A stretch of DNA of 64,000 bases from Gammaproteobacteria bacterium (GTDB lineage Bacteria; Pseudomonadota; Gammaproteobacteria; Arenicellales; Poriferihabitantaceae). A program made the translations under genes and the position numbers. The stretch lies in NCBI GenBank assembly GCA_026709505.1, contig JAPOSW010000080.1, positions 4,811-68,810 on the forward strand, read 5' to 3'. Positions 21,873-32,076 of the stretch are shown one piece after another (within the stretch, counting starts at the first letter, position 1; every line of letters starts with the position of its first letter). Under the pieces are notes generated by a model that saw only the letters and a list, made by a program, of their open reading frames with translations, searched no databases and was not told the DNA's origin.

Positions 21873-24542
21873 ATGGAATTAGTGTTTCTGGGAGTCCTGA
21901 TCCTGTTGATGATCATCGCCTTGAGTTCAGGGTTTCCCGTTGCATTCGCACTACCCGGATCCGCGATTGGCTCAATCGCCCTGGCCGCTTTTTTTGGGTA
22001 TGTCATTACCGGTGATGCAAGTGCATATTTCGCTCAGGATGGCCCTGTTGAATGGCTGACTGCCGGAGTGACAAATTTCAGAAGCCTTTACTGGGAAGTC
22101 GAGAGAGATACCCTGATAGCAATCCCGCTGTTCGTGTTCATGGGAATTATGCTTCAGCGCTCAAAGATCGCTGAAGACCTGCTAGTCGCCATGGCGCAAC
22201 TGTTCGGCCCCATTCCGGGCGGCCTTGGAATCTCGGTAGTGTTTGTGGGTGCCTTGTTGGCCGCCACTACGGGAATATTGGGTGCTACGGTAATCGCAAT
22301 GGGCTTGATCGCCCTGCCGGCAATGCTTCGGCACAACTATTCAAAGCCGATAGCGACCGGAACGATCTGTGCTTCCGGAACCCTAGGGCAAATTATCCCG
22401 CCCTCTATCGTTCTGATCATACTTGCCGACCAGTTGGCCAATGCTACCGATCAGGCCAGGACAATGAGACAGACCGACTATCGGGAGTCAACGGGGGAAT
22501 TCTCAATGCCGGCAGAAATGGATATCACCTCGGCGAGTGCAGGCGACATGTTCATGGGGGCATTGATTCCAGGTCTCGTACTGGTCGGGATTTACATGCT
22601 CTATATTCTCATACGCGCACTGTTGAAACCCGAAATCGCACCTCCGGTTCCCCATGAAGGCCGTTATGACCGGGATTTCTTTCTCTCAATCGGCTTGTCC
22701 CTGATTCCGCCACTGGTCCTGATATTCGCAGTGCTCGGTTCAATCGTGACAGGCGTAGCCACAGTTAACCAAGCTGGAGCGATCGGTGCTGTCGGAGCCA
22801 TCATAATGGGCGGATACCGTCTAGCCCCGCCGGGGCCCAGACGGTTCATTCCTTTAGTGATTTCGCTAGCTTCTTTGGTGGTGATAATCATTTTGCACCG
22901 GAATTTTGATCTCAACATAAAAAACATTGACAGCCAGGAAGACTCAATCGGACTGTTTCTGGCCTTTATTGCCGTAGTCAGTCTTGTCGCTTCCATAGTC
23001 TTCAGCACCTGGCGCACCTTCATCATCAATAACACGCTCAGAGAAGTGATGATCGATACCGCCAAGACCACCACCATGGTCTTTATCATCCTGCTCGGTG
23101 CAGCCATGCTCACCGCCGCATTTCGCGGATTCGGCGGCGAACACCTGGTGCGTGATTTCCTGACCGGCCTGCCGGGCGGATTCTGGACTCAATTCATAGT
23201 GGTCATGGTGGTCATTTTTCTGCTCGGCTTCTTTCTGGACTTTATTGAGATTGCAGTGGTTGTGGTTCCGATTGTTGCTCCAATCCTGCTTGCAGACCCC
23301 TCAGCCAATGTCACTGCTGTCTGGCTGGGAGTCATGGTTGGCCTCAACATACAGACCTCTTTTCTAACACCGCCTTTCGGATTTGCATTGTTTTATCTTA
23401 GGGGCGTCGCACCGAAAGAAGTCAAGACCACGCAAATCTACAAGGGGGCAGTGGCATTCATCGCGCTCCAGCTAATGGGATTGGCCATTGCCGGCTATTT
23501 TCCACCTCTCGTCAACTACATGCCAAATCGAACATTCCTGACCGCTGATACTGCTCCTCCTCCGGTCAATCCAAGGCTTCAACACTGTATTGAAGAGCAA
23601 ATCTTTCCGATCTATCTGCAAGATGAAGATCGGATTGTGATGGCCATCGACAATGCCCGGCAAATTGAACTTTCGCCACTTCCAGAGCGTTATCAAGCCC
23701 CTCTTGAAAACAGCTTCGAACTGGCCAGTGGAACCTTTGGTATAGTTAACCAGGCCTTGGCATCAAAGGATATTCTCGAAGCTTATGTTGAAGACTACAA
23801 GCCGGTTCATGCAACAACCCGGCAAATCCAGGTCAGAATTCGCAATATTGATCAACGCATCAAGTCTCTGGAAACTCGAGTTCGGCGGCTCGATAGAGGG
23901 GGTAGCAGTGAACGAGAAGTTGAACGTTTCAGGAACACCCTCTACGATTTGGGCCTTGAGCGCAGAAGCTTGATGGATCAACTGCCCACGGATTGGGAAG
24001 AGTGGCGTGCCGAATACAAGGCACTTGAGAAGGCCAGTAAATCGGATCTAGTTTCCTACAGAAGAAATGTTGATGCTGCTTATGAACCGATACAGCAGGT
24101 ACTTGCCGTACTGAACGAGCAAAAGGCACTGGCCAACATGAGAGAAGATATCGAAAATTTACGGTCCCTGCTTGAAACCGTCATTACATCTGAAAACGTC
24201 GACAATGTTATCGAACAGTTCACGTTGGCAGAAATTGAATTGAGTGCATTGACCGGGATTGACGCCATCCGCAATTCCCTGACTGATGCCCGGCGCACCA
24301 TTGCTACAGAGGACCCGGATGTTGGACTTGCCATGGAACACCATCAAGCCGCTCTGCTTGAACTTGATCAGGAACTGGCATGGAGACAATCAGCCGACAT
24401 CTTGCGGGATGGCCTGCAAGCCTATGATGATGCGATACGGAACACGATTGGTGTTCGTCTGCAAAATCGGCTTGAAAAGGGTCTGGCAAAGGATGTAGCC
24501 GTGTGTTTATCAAGACATCGGGACATCTCGATGAGATTCTGA
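21873..24542 (+). CDS. TRAP large permease (DctM/FcbT3-like) with internal 2-TM insertion and ~335-aa helical C-terminal domain
   Basis: 889 aa, versus 455 aa for the paralog at 32732. The DctM core is conserved up to ..GYFPPLVNYMP (about aa 550). A non-membrane, heptad-rich tail follows to the stop. Confidence 0.85.
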   Translation: MELVFLGVLILLMIIALSSGFPVAFALPGSAIGSIALAAFFGYVITGDASAYFAQDGPVEWLTAGVTNFRSLYWEVERDTLIAIPLFVFMGIMLQRSKIAEDLLVAMAQLFGPIPGGLGISVVFVGALLAATTGILGATVIAMGLIALPAMLRHNYSKPIATGTICASGTLGQIIPPSIVLIILADQLANATDQARTMRQTDYRESTGEFSMPAEMDITSASAGDMFMGALIPGLVLVGIYMLYILIRALLKPEIAPPVPHEGRYDRDFFLSIGLSLIPPLVLIFAVLGSIVTGVATVNQAGAIGAVGAIIMGGYRLAPPGPRRFIPLVISLASLVVIIILHRNFDLNIKNIDSQEDSIGLFLAFIAVVSLVASIVFSTWRTFIINNTLREVMIDTAKTTTMVFIILLGAAMLTAAFRGFGGEHLVRDFLTGLPGGFWTQFIVVMVVIFLLGFFLDFIEIAVVVVPIVAPILLADPSANVTAVWLGVMVGLNIQTSFLTPPFGFALFYLRGVAPKEVKTTQIYKGAVAFIALQLMGLAIAGYFPPLVNYMPNRTFLTADTAPPPVNPRLQHCIEEQIFPIYLQDEDRIVMAIDNARQIELSPLPERYQAPLENSFELASGTFGIVNQALASKDILEAYVEDYKPVHATTRQIQVRIRNIDQRIKSLETRVRRLDRGGSSEREVERFRNTLYDLGLERRSLMDQLPTDWEEWRAEYKALEKASKSDLVSYRRNVDAAYEPIQQVLAVLNEQKALANMREDIENLRSLLETVITSENVDNVIEQFTLAEIELSALTGIDAIRNSLTDARRTIATEDPDVGLAMEHHQAALLELDQELAWRQSADILRDGLQAYDDAIRNTIGVRLQNRLEKGLAKDVAVCLSRHRDISMRF

Positions 24543-24978
24543 AGAAACAGGATTACTCAAGAAATTATTGCCAGTTGCTTGTGTGGTTACCTGAAAAGGC
24601 AAAAATAATCAAGTCACTACTCGACCCCAGTAGGGGAGGGTAGTTACAAATGGGTTGGGAGCTAAAGATATGCGGGGATTTTCAAGAGTTCGAAGGATTT
24701 AGCGTACTTCTTAGGCATTTTCCTCTCAAAATCGCCTGTCCAGCAAGTTCTCATGGAATAGTTGAGTTATTATAATATATAATATCAAAAGGTTAGTGAA
24801 TGATTTTGGGTTTTCTGGCAAGCATTGATCAACACTCTACTCTCCAGCAGCCTAGAGTTGCAAATTCCGCCATGAGCATTTTCCATTCTATTATTTCTGA
24901 TTGGACAAGACTTCCTGTTGCATTTCCATAATGCAGGTATACAATTAAATAGTTAGCAACAGTTCATACATAACTATT

Positions 24979-25401
24979 TTGAAACAGTCAAAATACCACC
25001 CGTTAGAACTGCACCTTTCATCGAATAGCAGCATTGACATTCCGATGACGTTTCATGAAATTGAAGGGGTTATCGGAAGCAATCTTCCACCATCGGCTCG
25101 AAAACATCGCCCCTGGTGGAGCAACAACCCTTCAAATAGCGTAATTACTCATGCTTGGCTCGCGGCAGGTTACAAAACTACCCAAGTTGATCTTGATGGA
25201 GAAAGTCTTATCTTCACGAAACTGGAACCAGGCGACCCTCGTTTATCAAATGAACTGGGCTGTGAAGAACGTTCAAAAATACATCCCGGCTTCCGTCATA
25301 TGCAAGGATCGATAACCATTGTTGATGATTATGATATTACCAAACCGGCTTGTCCAGAATGGGCTAGCATGGTTGAAAACCCGGAAATTTACAATGAGTG
25401 A
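24979..25401 (+). CDS. putative VapB-position antitoxin with atypical N-terminal domain
   Basis: 140 aa from TTG, with no SD seen. The N-terminus is KYHPLELHL....MTFHEIEGVIGSNLPPSARKHRPWWSN....AWLAAGY. The C-terminal tail is HPGFRHMQGSITIVDDYDITKPACPEWA, the kind seen in PIN-partner antitoxins. Its stop overlaps the vapC ATG. Confidence 0.5.
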   Translation: MKQSKYHPLELHLSSNSSIDIPMTFHEIEGVIGSNLPPSARKHRPWWSNNPSNSVITHAWLAAGYKTTQVDLDGESLIFTKLEPGDPRLSNELGCEERSKIHPGFRHMQGSITIVDDYDITKPACPEWASMVENPEIYNE

Positions 25402-25818
25402 TTTACTGCTTGATACTTGTGCGATACTTGTGCATTAATTTGGATGGTCAACAATAGCAAATTAAATACCGAAAACCGCGAAAAGTTAAATGAAAGTTAT
25501 CAAATGGGCTATCACACATACATCTCACCTATTACCGCTTGGGAACTGGGGATGCTTGCCGCTTATGGAAGGATAAGATTGGCAAGCCCTGTAACAAAGT
25601 GGTTTGATGAATATGTTAAGTATGGAAATTACCGACTGGCAGAGATGTCACCAAGAATTTTGATTGGATCCTCATATCTGCCAGATTTGCCAAAATCTGA
25701 TCCAGCTGACCGAATCATTATTGCTACCGCTCGCTTTCTGAACTTGCAAATTGTTACTCGAGACCGAACAATCCTCAGGTATGCTGAAAAAGGATATGTT
25801 CGTGCCATGCATTGCTGA
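25394..25818 (+). pseudogene. vapC: PIN-domain VapC toxin, 5' end disrupted by an 11-bp tandem duplication
   Basis: ATG 25394 gives MSDLLLDTCAILVH*. Removing one copy of gatacttgtgc restores MSDLLLDTCALIWMVNN... in frame with the 133-aa PIN ORF (D..E..D..D pattern: LDTCA, AWELG, DPADRIIIATA, VTRD). Re-initiation at TTG 25417 remains possible. Confidence 0.6.
25412..25433 (+). repeat. perfect 11-bp tandem duplication (gatacttgtgc x2)
   Basis: Read directly: 25412-25422 and 25423-25433 are identical. Confidence 0.95.
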
Positions 25819-25935
25819 ATAGAAGATCACAAATGAAATTTCAGCTTTTGAATTTCCTGATTTTGTCGAACTTGGTTCGCTGAGTAACCTGTGAAATCAG
25901 AACCTTAATTGCCCTCCAGTCTTCCTGAAAAGCAA

Positions 25936-27354
25936 TCAATATCGATAGTGCTTGGGCTTGTAAGGTCCTTCAATGGCAACATTGATGTAGTCGGCCTGCC
26001 GCTTTGTGAGCGTCGTTAGTTTCGCGCCAATCTTGTCAAGATGCAGTCTTGCTACTTCTTCATCCAGATGCTTTGGCAAGACATGCACATCGTTTGCATA
26101 CTCATCGCCCCTGCTCCACAACTCGATTTGCGCCAGCACCTGATTGGTGAAGCTGTTTGACATCACGAAACTGGGGTGCCCGGTAGCACAGCCCAAATTC
26201 ACCAGTCGACCCTCGGCAAGCAGGGTTATCCGATTGCCGTTGGGCAATATCACTTGATCCACCTGAGGCTTGATGTTCACCCATTCATAGGATTTCAATG
26301 CCGAAATTTCGATTTCATTGTCGAAGTGCCCGATGTTGCAGAGGATCGCTTCATTCTTCATTTGTAGAATATGTTCATGCGTGACTACCTGATAGTTTCC
26401 GGTAGCTGTGACAAATATATCCGCGATCGAGCAGGCTTCATTCATGTCAACCACGCGATACCCTTCCATGGCGGCCTGCAATGCACAAATCGGATCGACC
26501 TCGGTTACCCATACGGTTGCACCCAGACCCCGCAGTGACTGTGCACAGCCCTTTCCGACATCGCCATAGCCGAGCACAACGGCGATCTTGCCGGCAATCA
26601 TCACATCGGTCGCCCTCTTGATTCCATCAACCAGTGATTCACGGCAACCATACAGATTATCAAACTTGGACTTTGTAACGGAGTCGTTGACATTGATTGC
26701 CGGGAATGGCAGCTCTCCATTCTCCGCCATCTTGTATAGCCGATTCACTCCGGTCGTAGTCTCTTCGGTAACACCCTTGACCCCTTCTAGGCGACGACTG
26801 TACCAGCCTGGATCGGTATCCAGCTGTCTGCGAATCGAGGAATACAGAGCCATTTCCTCTTCATTTTCCGGATGATCCAGGATTGACCGGTCATTCTCTG
26901 CTTGAGCGCCCAGGATCAGAAGCAGTGTCGCATCGCCTCCATCGTCCAGGATCATGTTGGGCCCTTCACCGCCAGGCCAGTCCAAAATCCGGTTACTGAA
27001 TTGCCAGTACTCATCCAGTGTTTCACCCTTGAAAGCAAACACGGGTATGTCTCTGTCTGCAATCGCTGCCGCGGCGTGATCCTGCGTTGAAAAAATATTG
27101 CAGGATGCCCAGCGTACTTCAGCACCCAGGGAAATCAGGGTTTCTATCAACACGGCTGTCTGAATGGTCATGTGCAGTGATCCGGCAATCCGTGCTCCTT
27201 TCAGCGGCTGTGATTCGATATATTTTTCACAAATAGAGACTAGCCCGGGCATTTCCGAGCGGGCTATCCGGATTTCCTTGTGCCCCCATTCGGCAAGGGA
27301 CATATCAGCCACATGGTAGTCCGGGGTAATTTTTTTTAGGGGTTGAGTAGACAT
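25936..27354 (-). CDS. ahcY: adenosylhomocysteinase
   Basis: 472 aa with [17 protein letters not shown], the NAD-binding GYGDVGKG motif and a C-terminal ..YKPKHYRY. Confidence 0.97.
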   Translation of the reverse strand: MSTQPLKKITPDYHVADMSLAEWGHKEIRIARSEMPGLVSICEKYIESQPLKGARIAGSLHMTIQTAVLIETLISLGAEVRWASCNIFSTQDHAAAAIADRDIPVFAFKGETLDEYWQFSNRILDWPGGEGPNMILDDGGDATLLLILGAQAENDRSILDHPENEEEMALYSSIRRQLDTDPGWYSRRLEGVKGVTEETTTGVNRLYKMAENGELPFPAINVNDSVTKSKFDNLYGCRESLVDGIKRATDVMIAGKIAVVLGYGDVGKGCAQSLRGLGATVWVTEVDPICALQAAMEGYRVVDMNEACSIADIFVTATGNYQVVTHEHILQMKNEAILCNIGHFDNEIEISALKSYEWVNIKPQVDQVILPNGNRITLLAEGRLVNLGCATGHPSFVMSNSFTNQVLAQIELWSRGDEYANDVHVLPKHLDEEVARLHLDKIGAKLTTLTKRQADYINVAIEGPYKPKHYRY

Positions 27355-27379
27355 CTTTATCGTGTTCGGTATGTATGAT

Positions 27380-28555
27380 TCAGTTCAAGCCGGCATCGGA
27401 CTTGAGGACGCTGGCTTTATCGGTTCTTTCCCATGAGAATTCCGCCTCGCTTCGCCCAAAATGCCCATACGCCGCCGATCGGCCGTAAATCGGTTTCAAC
27501 AAATCCAGATTCTGTAAAATTGCCTTGGGACGCAAGTCGAAATGCGTGCTGACCAGCTCTTCGATGCGCGAATTGGAAATCGCGCCCGTCCCGAATGTTT
27601 CAACCATGACCGAGACCGGCTTGGCCACTCCAATTGCATAGGCTGCCTGAATTTCGCATTTCTCGGCAAGGCCAGCCGCAACAATATTCTTCGCAACATG
27701 GCGAAGCGCATAAGCGGCAGAGCGATCGACTTTTGATGGGTCCTTTCCTGAAAATGCTCCACCCCCATGATGCGCGGACCCGCCATAGGTATCAACAATG
27801 ATCTTTCGTCCGGTCAACCCGCAGTCGCCGTGGGGGCCGCCAATTACGAACCGCCCTGTCGGGTTGACCAGAAACCGGGCACCCTCATTCAGCATTCCGG
27901 TCGGAATCACCGGTTTGATGATTTCCTCTATGACCGCTTCTTCAATGATTCCAGATCCCACATCCTCGTGATGCTGGGTAGAGACAACAACAGTATCAAC
28001 AGCCACCGGACGACCCGATTCATACCTTACCGTGACTTGAGACTTGGCATCAGGCCTCAGCCATTCGAGGCGCCCTGACTTCCGCACCTCGGATTGCCTC
28101 TTCACCAACCGGTGCGCACAGGTTATGGGGAATGGCATCAGTACATCGGTTTCCCTGCACGCGTAGCCAAACATCAGCCCCTGGTCGCCGGCACCCTGAT
28201 CAAGGTCGATTCCCTCGCCCTCATTGACGCCCTGGGCAATATCCGGAGACTGCTCATCCAGCCTCACATGGACATCACAACCCAAATGATCAAATAGCAA
28301 CTCGGGCGTGTCATAGCCAATTTCCTTGATTTTAATTCTTGCCACCTGCTCATAGTCCACCTTCGCACTCGAACTGATTTCGCCAGCGACAACAACCAGT
28401 CCGGTGGTGACCAAGGTCTCACAAGCAACTCTCGAGTCAGGGTCTTGTTCAAGCAGGGAATCCAGAATCGCATCTGAAATTTGATCAGCTACTTTGTCGG
28501 GATGACCTTCCGATACCGATTCCGAAGTAAATAGATATGAATCAGACATGTTCAA
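27380..28555 (-). CDS. metK: methionine adenosyltransferase
   Basis: 391 aa with [25 protein letters not shown] and [16 protein letters not shown]. Confidence 0.97.
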   Translation of the reverse strand: MNMSDSYLFTSESVSEGHPDKVADQISDAILDSLLEQDPDSRVACETLVTTGLVVVAGEISSSAKVDYEQVARIKIKEIGYDTPELLFDHLGCDVHVRLDEQSPDIAQGVNEGEGIDLDQGAGDQGLMFGYACRETDVLMPFPITCAHRLVKRQSEVRKSGRLEWLRPDAKSQVTVRYESGRPVAVDTVVVSTQHHEDVGSGIIEEAVIEEIIKPVIPTGMLNEGARFLVNPTGRFVIGGPHGDCGLTGRKIIVDTYGGSAHHGGGAFSGKDPSKVDRSAAYALRHVAKNIVAAGLAEKCEIQAAYAIGVAKPVSVMVETFGTGAISNSRIEELVSTHFDLRPKAILQNLDLLKPIYGRSAAYGHFGRSEAEFSWERTDKASVLKSDAGLN

Positions 28556-28874
28556 ATCACTCGTTTAATGATTGGCAATGTTCCTTCATGTTGCGAAAAG
28601 TCATGCGATGGCTGGTTCAAAAAGCGCTGGTCGATTGCAACGCAAATTGATCTTCGTTGACTGGCTGAACGGCATTTTGCGGGAGGCGGTCGAATCGTGA
28701 AACCACTTTGCCGATTCGCTCGACCCGCCTGCATATGCACATTCGTTTATAGTAACATACATGCCCCTCTATACTGCCCAAAATTTTAGTGCCAAACACC
28801 GCGAAATTCACAACCGTTCATGCCAAGTTAACAGGCATATGAATCACTTCATCTCGTCTTTGAATCTCATCAAA

Positions 28875-29771
28875 ATGCCGAAGACCAATCAACAGCCGAT
28901 ACAGACCGCTCGCATTCTGCTTGAGGCCCTGCCCTACATCCGTCAATATCAGGGGGCGACTCTAGCGATCAAGTATGGGGGCCATGCGATGGTTCATGAA
29001 AACCTGAAGCAAAGCTTTGCCCAAGACCTAATCCTGATGAAGCTGATCGGCATGAATCCTCTGGTGGTACATGGTGGAGGCCCACAAATCAACCGTGTGC
29101 TGGAGAGAATTGGCAAGGAGTCGGTATTTGTGGATGGAATGAGGGTCACCGACACTGAAACCATGGATGTTGTGGAGATGGTCTTGGGTGGTCTGGTCAA
29201 TAAGGAGATTGTCAAATTGATCAATTCGCTTGGAGGGCATGCTGTTGGACTAACCGGCAAGGATGGCAATCTCATCAAGGCCTGCAAGCTGAAAAACAAG
29301 AACCGGAATCCGAGTTCCGGCAAGGAAGGCGCCATAGTCGATTTCGGTCAGGTAGGAGAAGTTGAGTCGATTGACCCATCCATTATCAATGTCCTGTTAT
29401 CTCGTGACTTCATACCCGTCATTGCTCCAATCGGCATTGGCTCGGATGGCAGGACCTACAATATCAATTCAGATCTTGTCGCCGGACATCTTGCAGCAAC
29501 CATGAATGCCAGCAAATTGATGCTGCTGACCGATACACCCGGAGTGCTTGACGAGAACGGCACGTTGATCCCTAAAATAAGGGTCTCGGAAGTTCAAGGG
29601 TTGATTGATCGTGGAATCATTACATCCGGGATGATTCCAAAAGTTCAGTGTGCCGTTCAAGCCATCAATGGCGGCGTTGAATCCTCGCTGATTCTTGATG
29701 GGAGAACTCAGCATGCGCTTCTGCTGGAACTGCTGACGGATTCAGGGATTGGCACACTCATTTGCCAGTGA
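28875..29771 (+). CDS. argB: acetylglutamate kinase
   Basis: Started at ATG 28875 (MPKTNQQ...), giving 298 aa. Motifs: [30 protein letters not shown]. Confidence 0.93.
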   Translation: MPKTNQQPIQTARILLEALPYIRQYQGATLAIKYGGHAMVHENLKQSFAQDLILMKLIGMNPLVVHGGGPQINRVLERIGKESVFVDGMRVTDTETMDVVEMVLGGLVNKEIVKLINSLGGHAVGLTGKDGNLIKACKLKNKNRNPSSGKEGAIVDFGQVGEVESIDPSIINVLLSRDFIPVIAPIGIGSDGRTYNINSDLVAGHLAATMNASKLMLLTDTPGVLDENGTLIPKIRVSEVQGLIDRGIITSGMIPKVQCAVQAINGGVESSLILDGRTQHALLLELLTDSGIGTLICQ

Positions 29772-29862
29772 TAAATAAATGCAGGTGAATCAGCACCAAC
29801 AAGAGTTATACTAGTTACCGCAGTTTTCGTCCCCATTAGCCAGACGGCCAGCCCAACGAACC

Positions 29863-30636
29863 ATGCCTAAAATACACAAAGAACGCGTGACAGACGTACA
29901 TCACTGGTCAGACAAGCTTTTTACGATTAAAACCACCCGGGATTCCTCTTTGCGTTTTCGAAACGGGGAATTCATCATGCTTGGAATCGAAGTTGATGGA
30001 AAGCCATTGATGCGAGCATACAGCATGGTCAGCGCCAACTACGAGGATTGCCTCGAGTTCTACAGCATCAAGGTTCAGGATGGACCACTGACATCGCGTC
30101 TTCAGCATATTAAGGTTGGCGATGAACTCTATGTCAGCAAAAAACCAACCGGCACTCTGTTATGGGATCATCTTCGCCCTGGCAAACATCTCTATCTTCT
30201 GAGCACCGGAACCGGCCTGGCGCCTTTTCTGTCGGTGATCAAGGATCCGGACGTCTATGAGAATTTTGAAAAAGTCATCCTGGTGCATGGCTGCCGCTTC
30301 ATCAATGAATTGACCTACGAGAAATTAATCACCCACGAACTGCAAAGCAACCCCTATTTCGGGGATGACGTAAAAGCCAAGCTACTTTACTACCCGGCAG
30401 TTACCCGGGAAGAATTCAAGAATTACGGACGAATCACGGAGCTTCTCGAGTCGGGACAAATCTGCAAGGATATCGACATGCCCCCACTCAGTCTGGAAGA
30501 TGATCGATTCATGATCTGCGGGGGTCCCGGGATGCTGAAGAGCATGACTTCCATACTGGACGAGATGGGATTCGCCGAGACCCGAAAATCGGATTTTCGG
30601 GAATACGTGGTTGAACGGGCTTTTGTTGAACAGTGA
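29863..30636 (+). CDS. fpr: ferredoxin-NADP+ reductase
   Basis: 257 aa with RAYSMVS (FAD RxYS), LLSTGTGLAPF and a C-terminal ..YVVERAFVEQ. Confidence 0.9.
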   Translation: MPKIHKERVTDVHHWSDKLFTIKTTRDSSLRFRNGEFIMLGIEVDGKPLMRAYSMVSANYEDCLEFYSIKVQDGPLTSRLQHIKVGDELYVSKKPTGTLLWDHLRPGKHLYLLSTGTGLAPFLSVIKDPDVYENFEKVILVHGCRFINELTYEKLITHELQSNPYFGDDVKAKLLYYPAVTREEFKNYGRITELLESGQICKDIDMPPLSLEDDRFMICGGPGMLKSMTSILDEMGFAETRKSDFREYVVERAFVEQ

Positions 30637-30813
30637 AGGAGAACCTATCTACCTGCTGAAATTTCTAACCGGAAAATCTCTGCCGGTGCCGGGGATTCAT
30701 TCAGTATCCATTCACAGACAATCAAATTTTTCCACACCCCAAAAGTTTTATTCTATATAATGCCAATATCTTCATTCGAAACCACGTATGGAGACAAATC
30801 AATTTGATGGCCT

Positions 30814-30834
30814 CTACAAAACTATGTTTTGTGG
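30814..30834. promoter_or_regulatory. 9-3-9 near-palindrome upstream of the second TRAP operon (possible operator)
   Basis: ctacaaaac-tat-gttttgtgg (8/9 arm match), about 60 nt upstream of ATG 30893. Confidence 0.25.
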
Positions 30835-30892
30835 TTCAGTATTGATTTTCAGAATCATTAATATTTCATTAGTAAATAGGAGAATATAGACA

Positions 30893-31993
30893 ATGAAAGA
30901 AACACTAAACCGACGTAAATTTCTAAAGGGTACTGCCATGGCGGCGACTGCCACAGCCGGAACTCTGGCTGCACCGTCGATTGTTCGCGCACAAACCACG
31001 CTAAAAATGCAAGCTGCTTGGGGCGGAGGCATTTTTCTTGAAAACGCTCAAGCGTATGTGGACCGCGTCAACGAAATGGCTGGGGATGCTCTGCAGATCG
31101 AACTGCTGCCTGTAAATGCCGTGGTGAAAACCAGCCAAATGCAGGATGCAGTACATCGTGGCGTACTGGATGCCTGCCATTATGTGCCTGCCTACTGGTA
31201 CTCGAAATCACCCGTTGCCTCACTGTTTGGAACAGGACCCTGTTTTGGATGGTCGAGTCAGGAAGTACTGGGGTGGGTTTACTATGGCGGCGGCCAGGAA
31301 TTGTTCGATGAGTTGATGGGCAAACTTGGCCTGAACATCGTGAGTTTCTTCAACAGCCCAATGCCTGCACAGCCCATGGGCTGGTTTAAGGAGCAAATTA
31401 CCGATTCAGCCCAAATGGATGGCCTGAAATACCGCACCGTTGGACTTGCTGCTGACGTTCTGCTTGAAATGGGGATGTCCGTAGTTCAATTGCCGGGTGG
31501 TGAAATCCAGCCAGCCATGAAGTCCGGGCTGATTGATGCGGCAGAATTTAACAATCCTACCTCTGACCGAGACTTTGGCATGCAGGATGTATCTACCCAT
31601 TATCATCTCGCCAGTTTTCATCAATCCCAGGAATTCTTCGAGTGCTCTTTCAACAAAGGCAAATACGACAGCCTTTCCGATGAGCAAAAAGCGATCTTGA
31701 AGTACGCTTCTGAATCAGAAAGCTCGAATTTCTACTGGCACAACACCAACCGGTATGCCGACGATCTGGTGAAGCTTCGTGAAGAGCACGGCGTTAACGT
31801 TTATCGTACTCCGGATTCAGTCATGAAGGATCAGCTGAACGCATGGGATGTAGTCGTTAACCGAATTTCTTCTGAAGATGAATTCTTCGCAAGAGTCATT
31901 GCTTCTCAGCAAGCCTATGCGCAAAGAGTGATGAACTACCTGCACCTGAATCAGCCTGACTACAGATTGGCATACAACCACTACTTCGGGTAA
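30893..31993 (+). CDS. TRAP substrate-binding protein (COG4663-like), Tat signal
   Basis: 366 aa. NRRKFLKGTAMAATATAGTLAAPSIVRAQ is a Tat-type signal. The core is paralogous to the 19576 product. Confidence 0.85.
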   Translation: MKETLNRRKFLKGTAMAATATAGTLAAPSIVRAQTTLKMQAAWGGGIFLENAQAYVDRVNEMAGDALQIELLPVNAVVKTSQMQDAVHRGVLDACHYVPAYWYSKSPVASLFGTGPCFGWSSQEVLGWVYYGGGQELFDELMGKLGLNIVSFFNSPMPAQPMGWFKEQITDSAQMDGLKYRTVGLAADVLLEMGMSVVQLPGGEIQPAMKSGLIDAAEFNNPTSDRDFGMQDVSTHYHLASFHQSQEFFECSFNKGKYDSLSDEQKAILKYASESESSNFYWHNTNRYADDLVKLREEHGVNVYRTPDSVMKDQLNAWDVVVNRISSEDEFFARVIASQQAYAQRVMNYLHLNQPDYRLAYNHYFG

Positions 31994-32076
31994 AATGTCA
32001 GTATGATAGCGGATGTCATTGAGGGGGAAGATCTTCCCCCTCAAGCATTTATAGACCGATTCACAGGGAGGCCAGT

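Noticed and set aside
24543-24978. AT-rich spacer with the ttattataatatataatat tract and several 30-43-codon ORFs (e.g. ATG 24649 with GGAGGG upstream: MGWELKICGDFQEFEGF...).
   Set aside because: The AT tract is not a true palindrome or tandem repeat when read base by base. The mini-ORFs have no recognisable similarity. They may be remnants, but this is not supportable.
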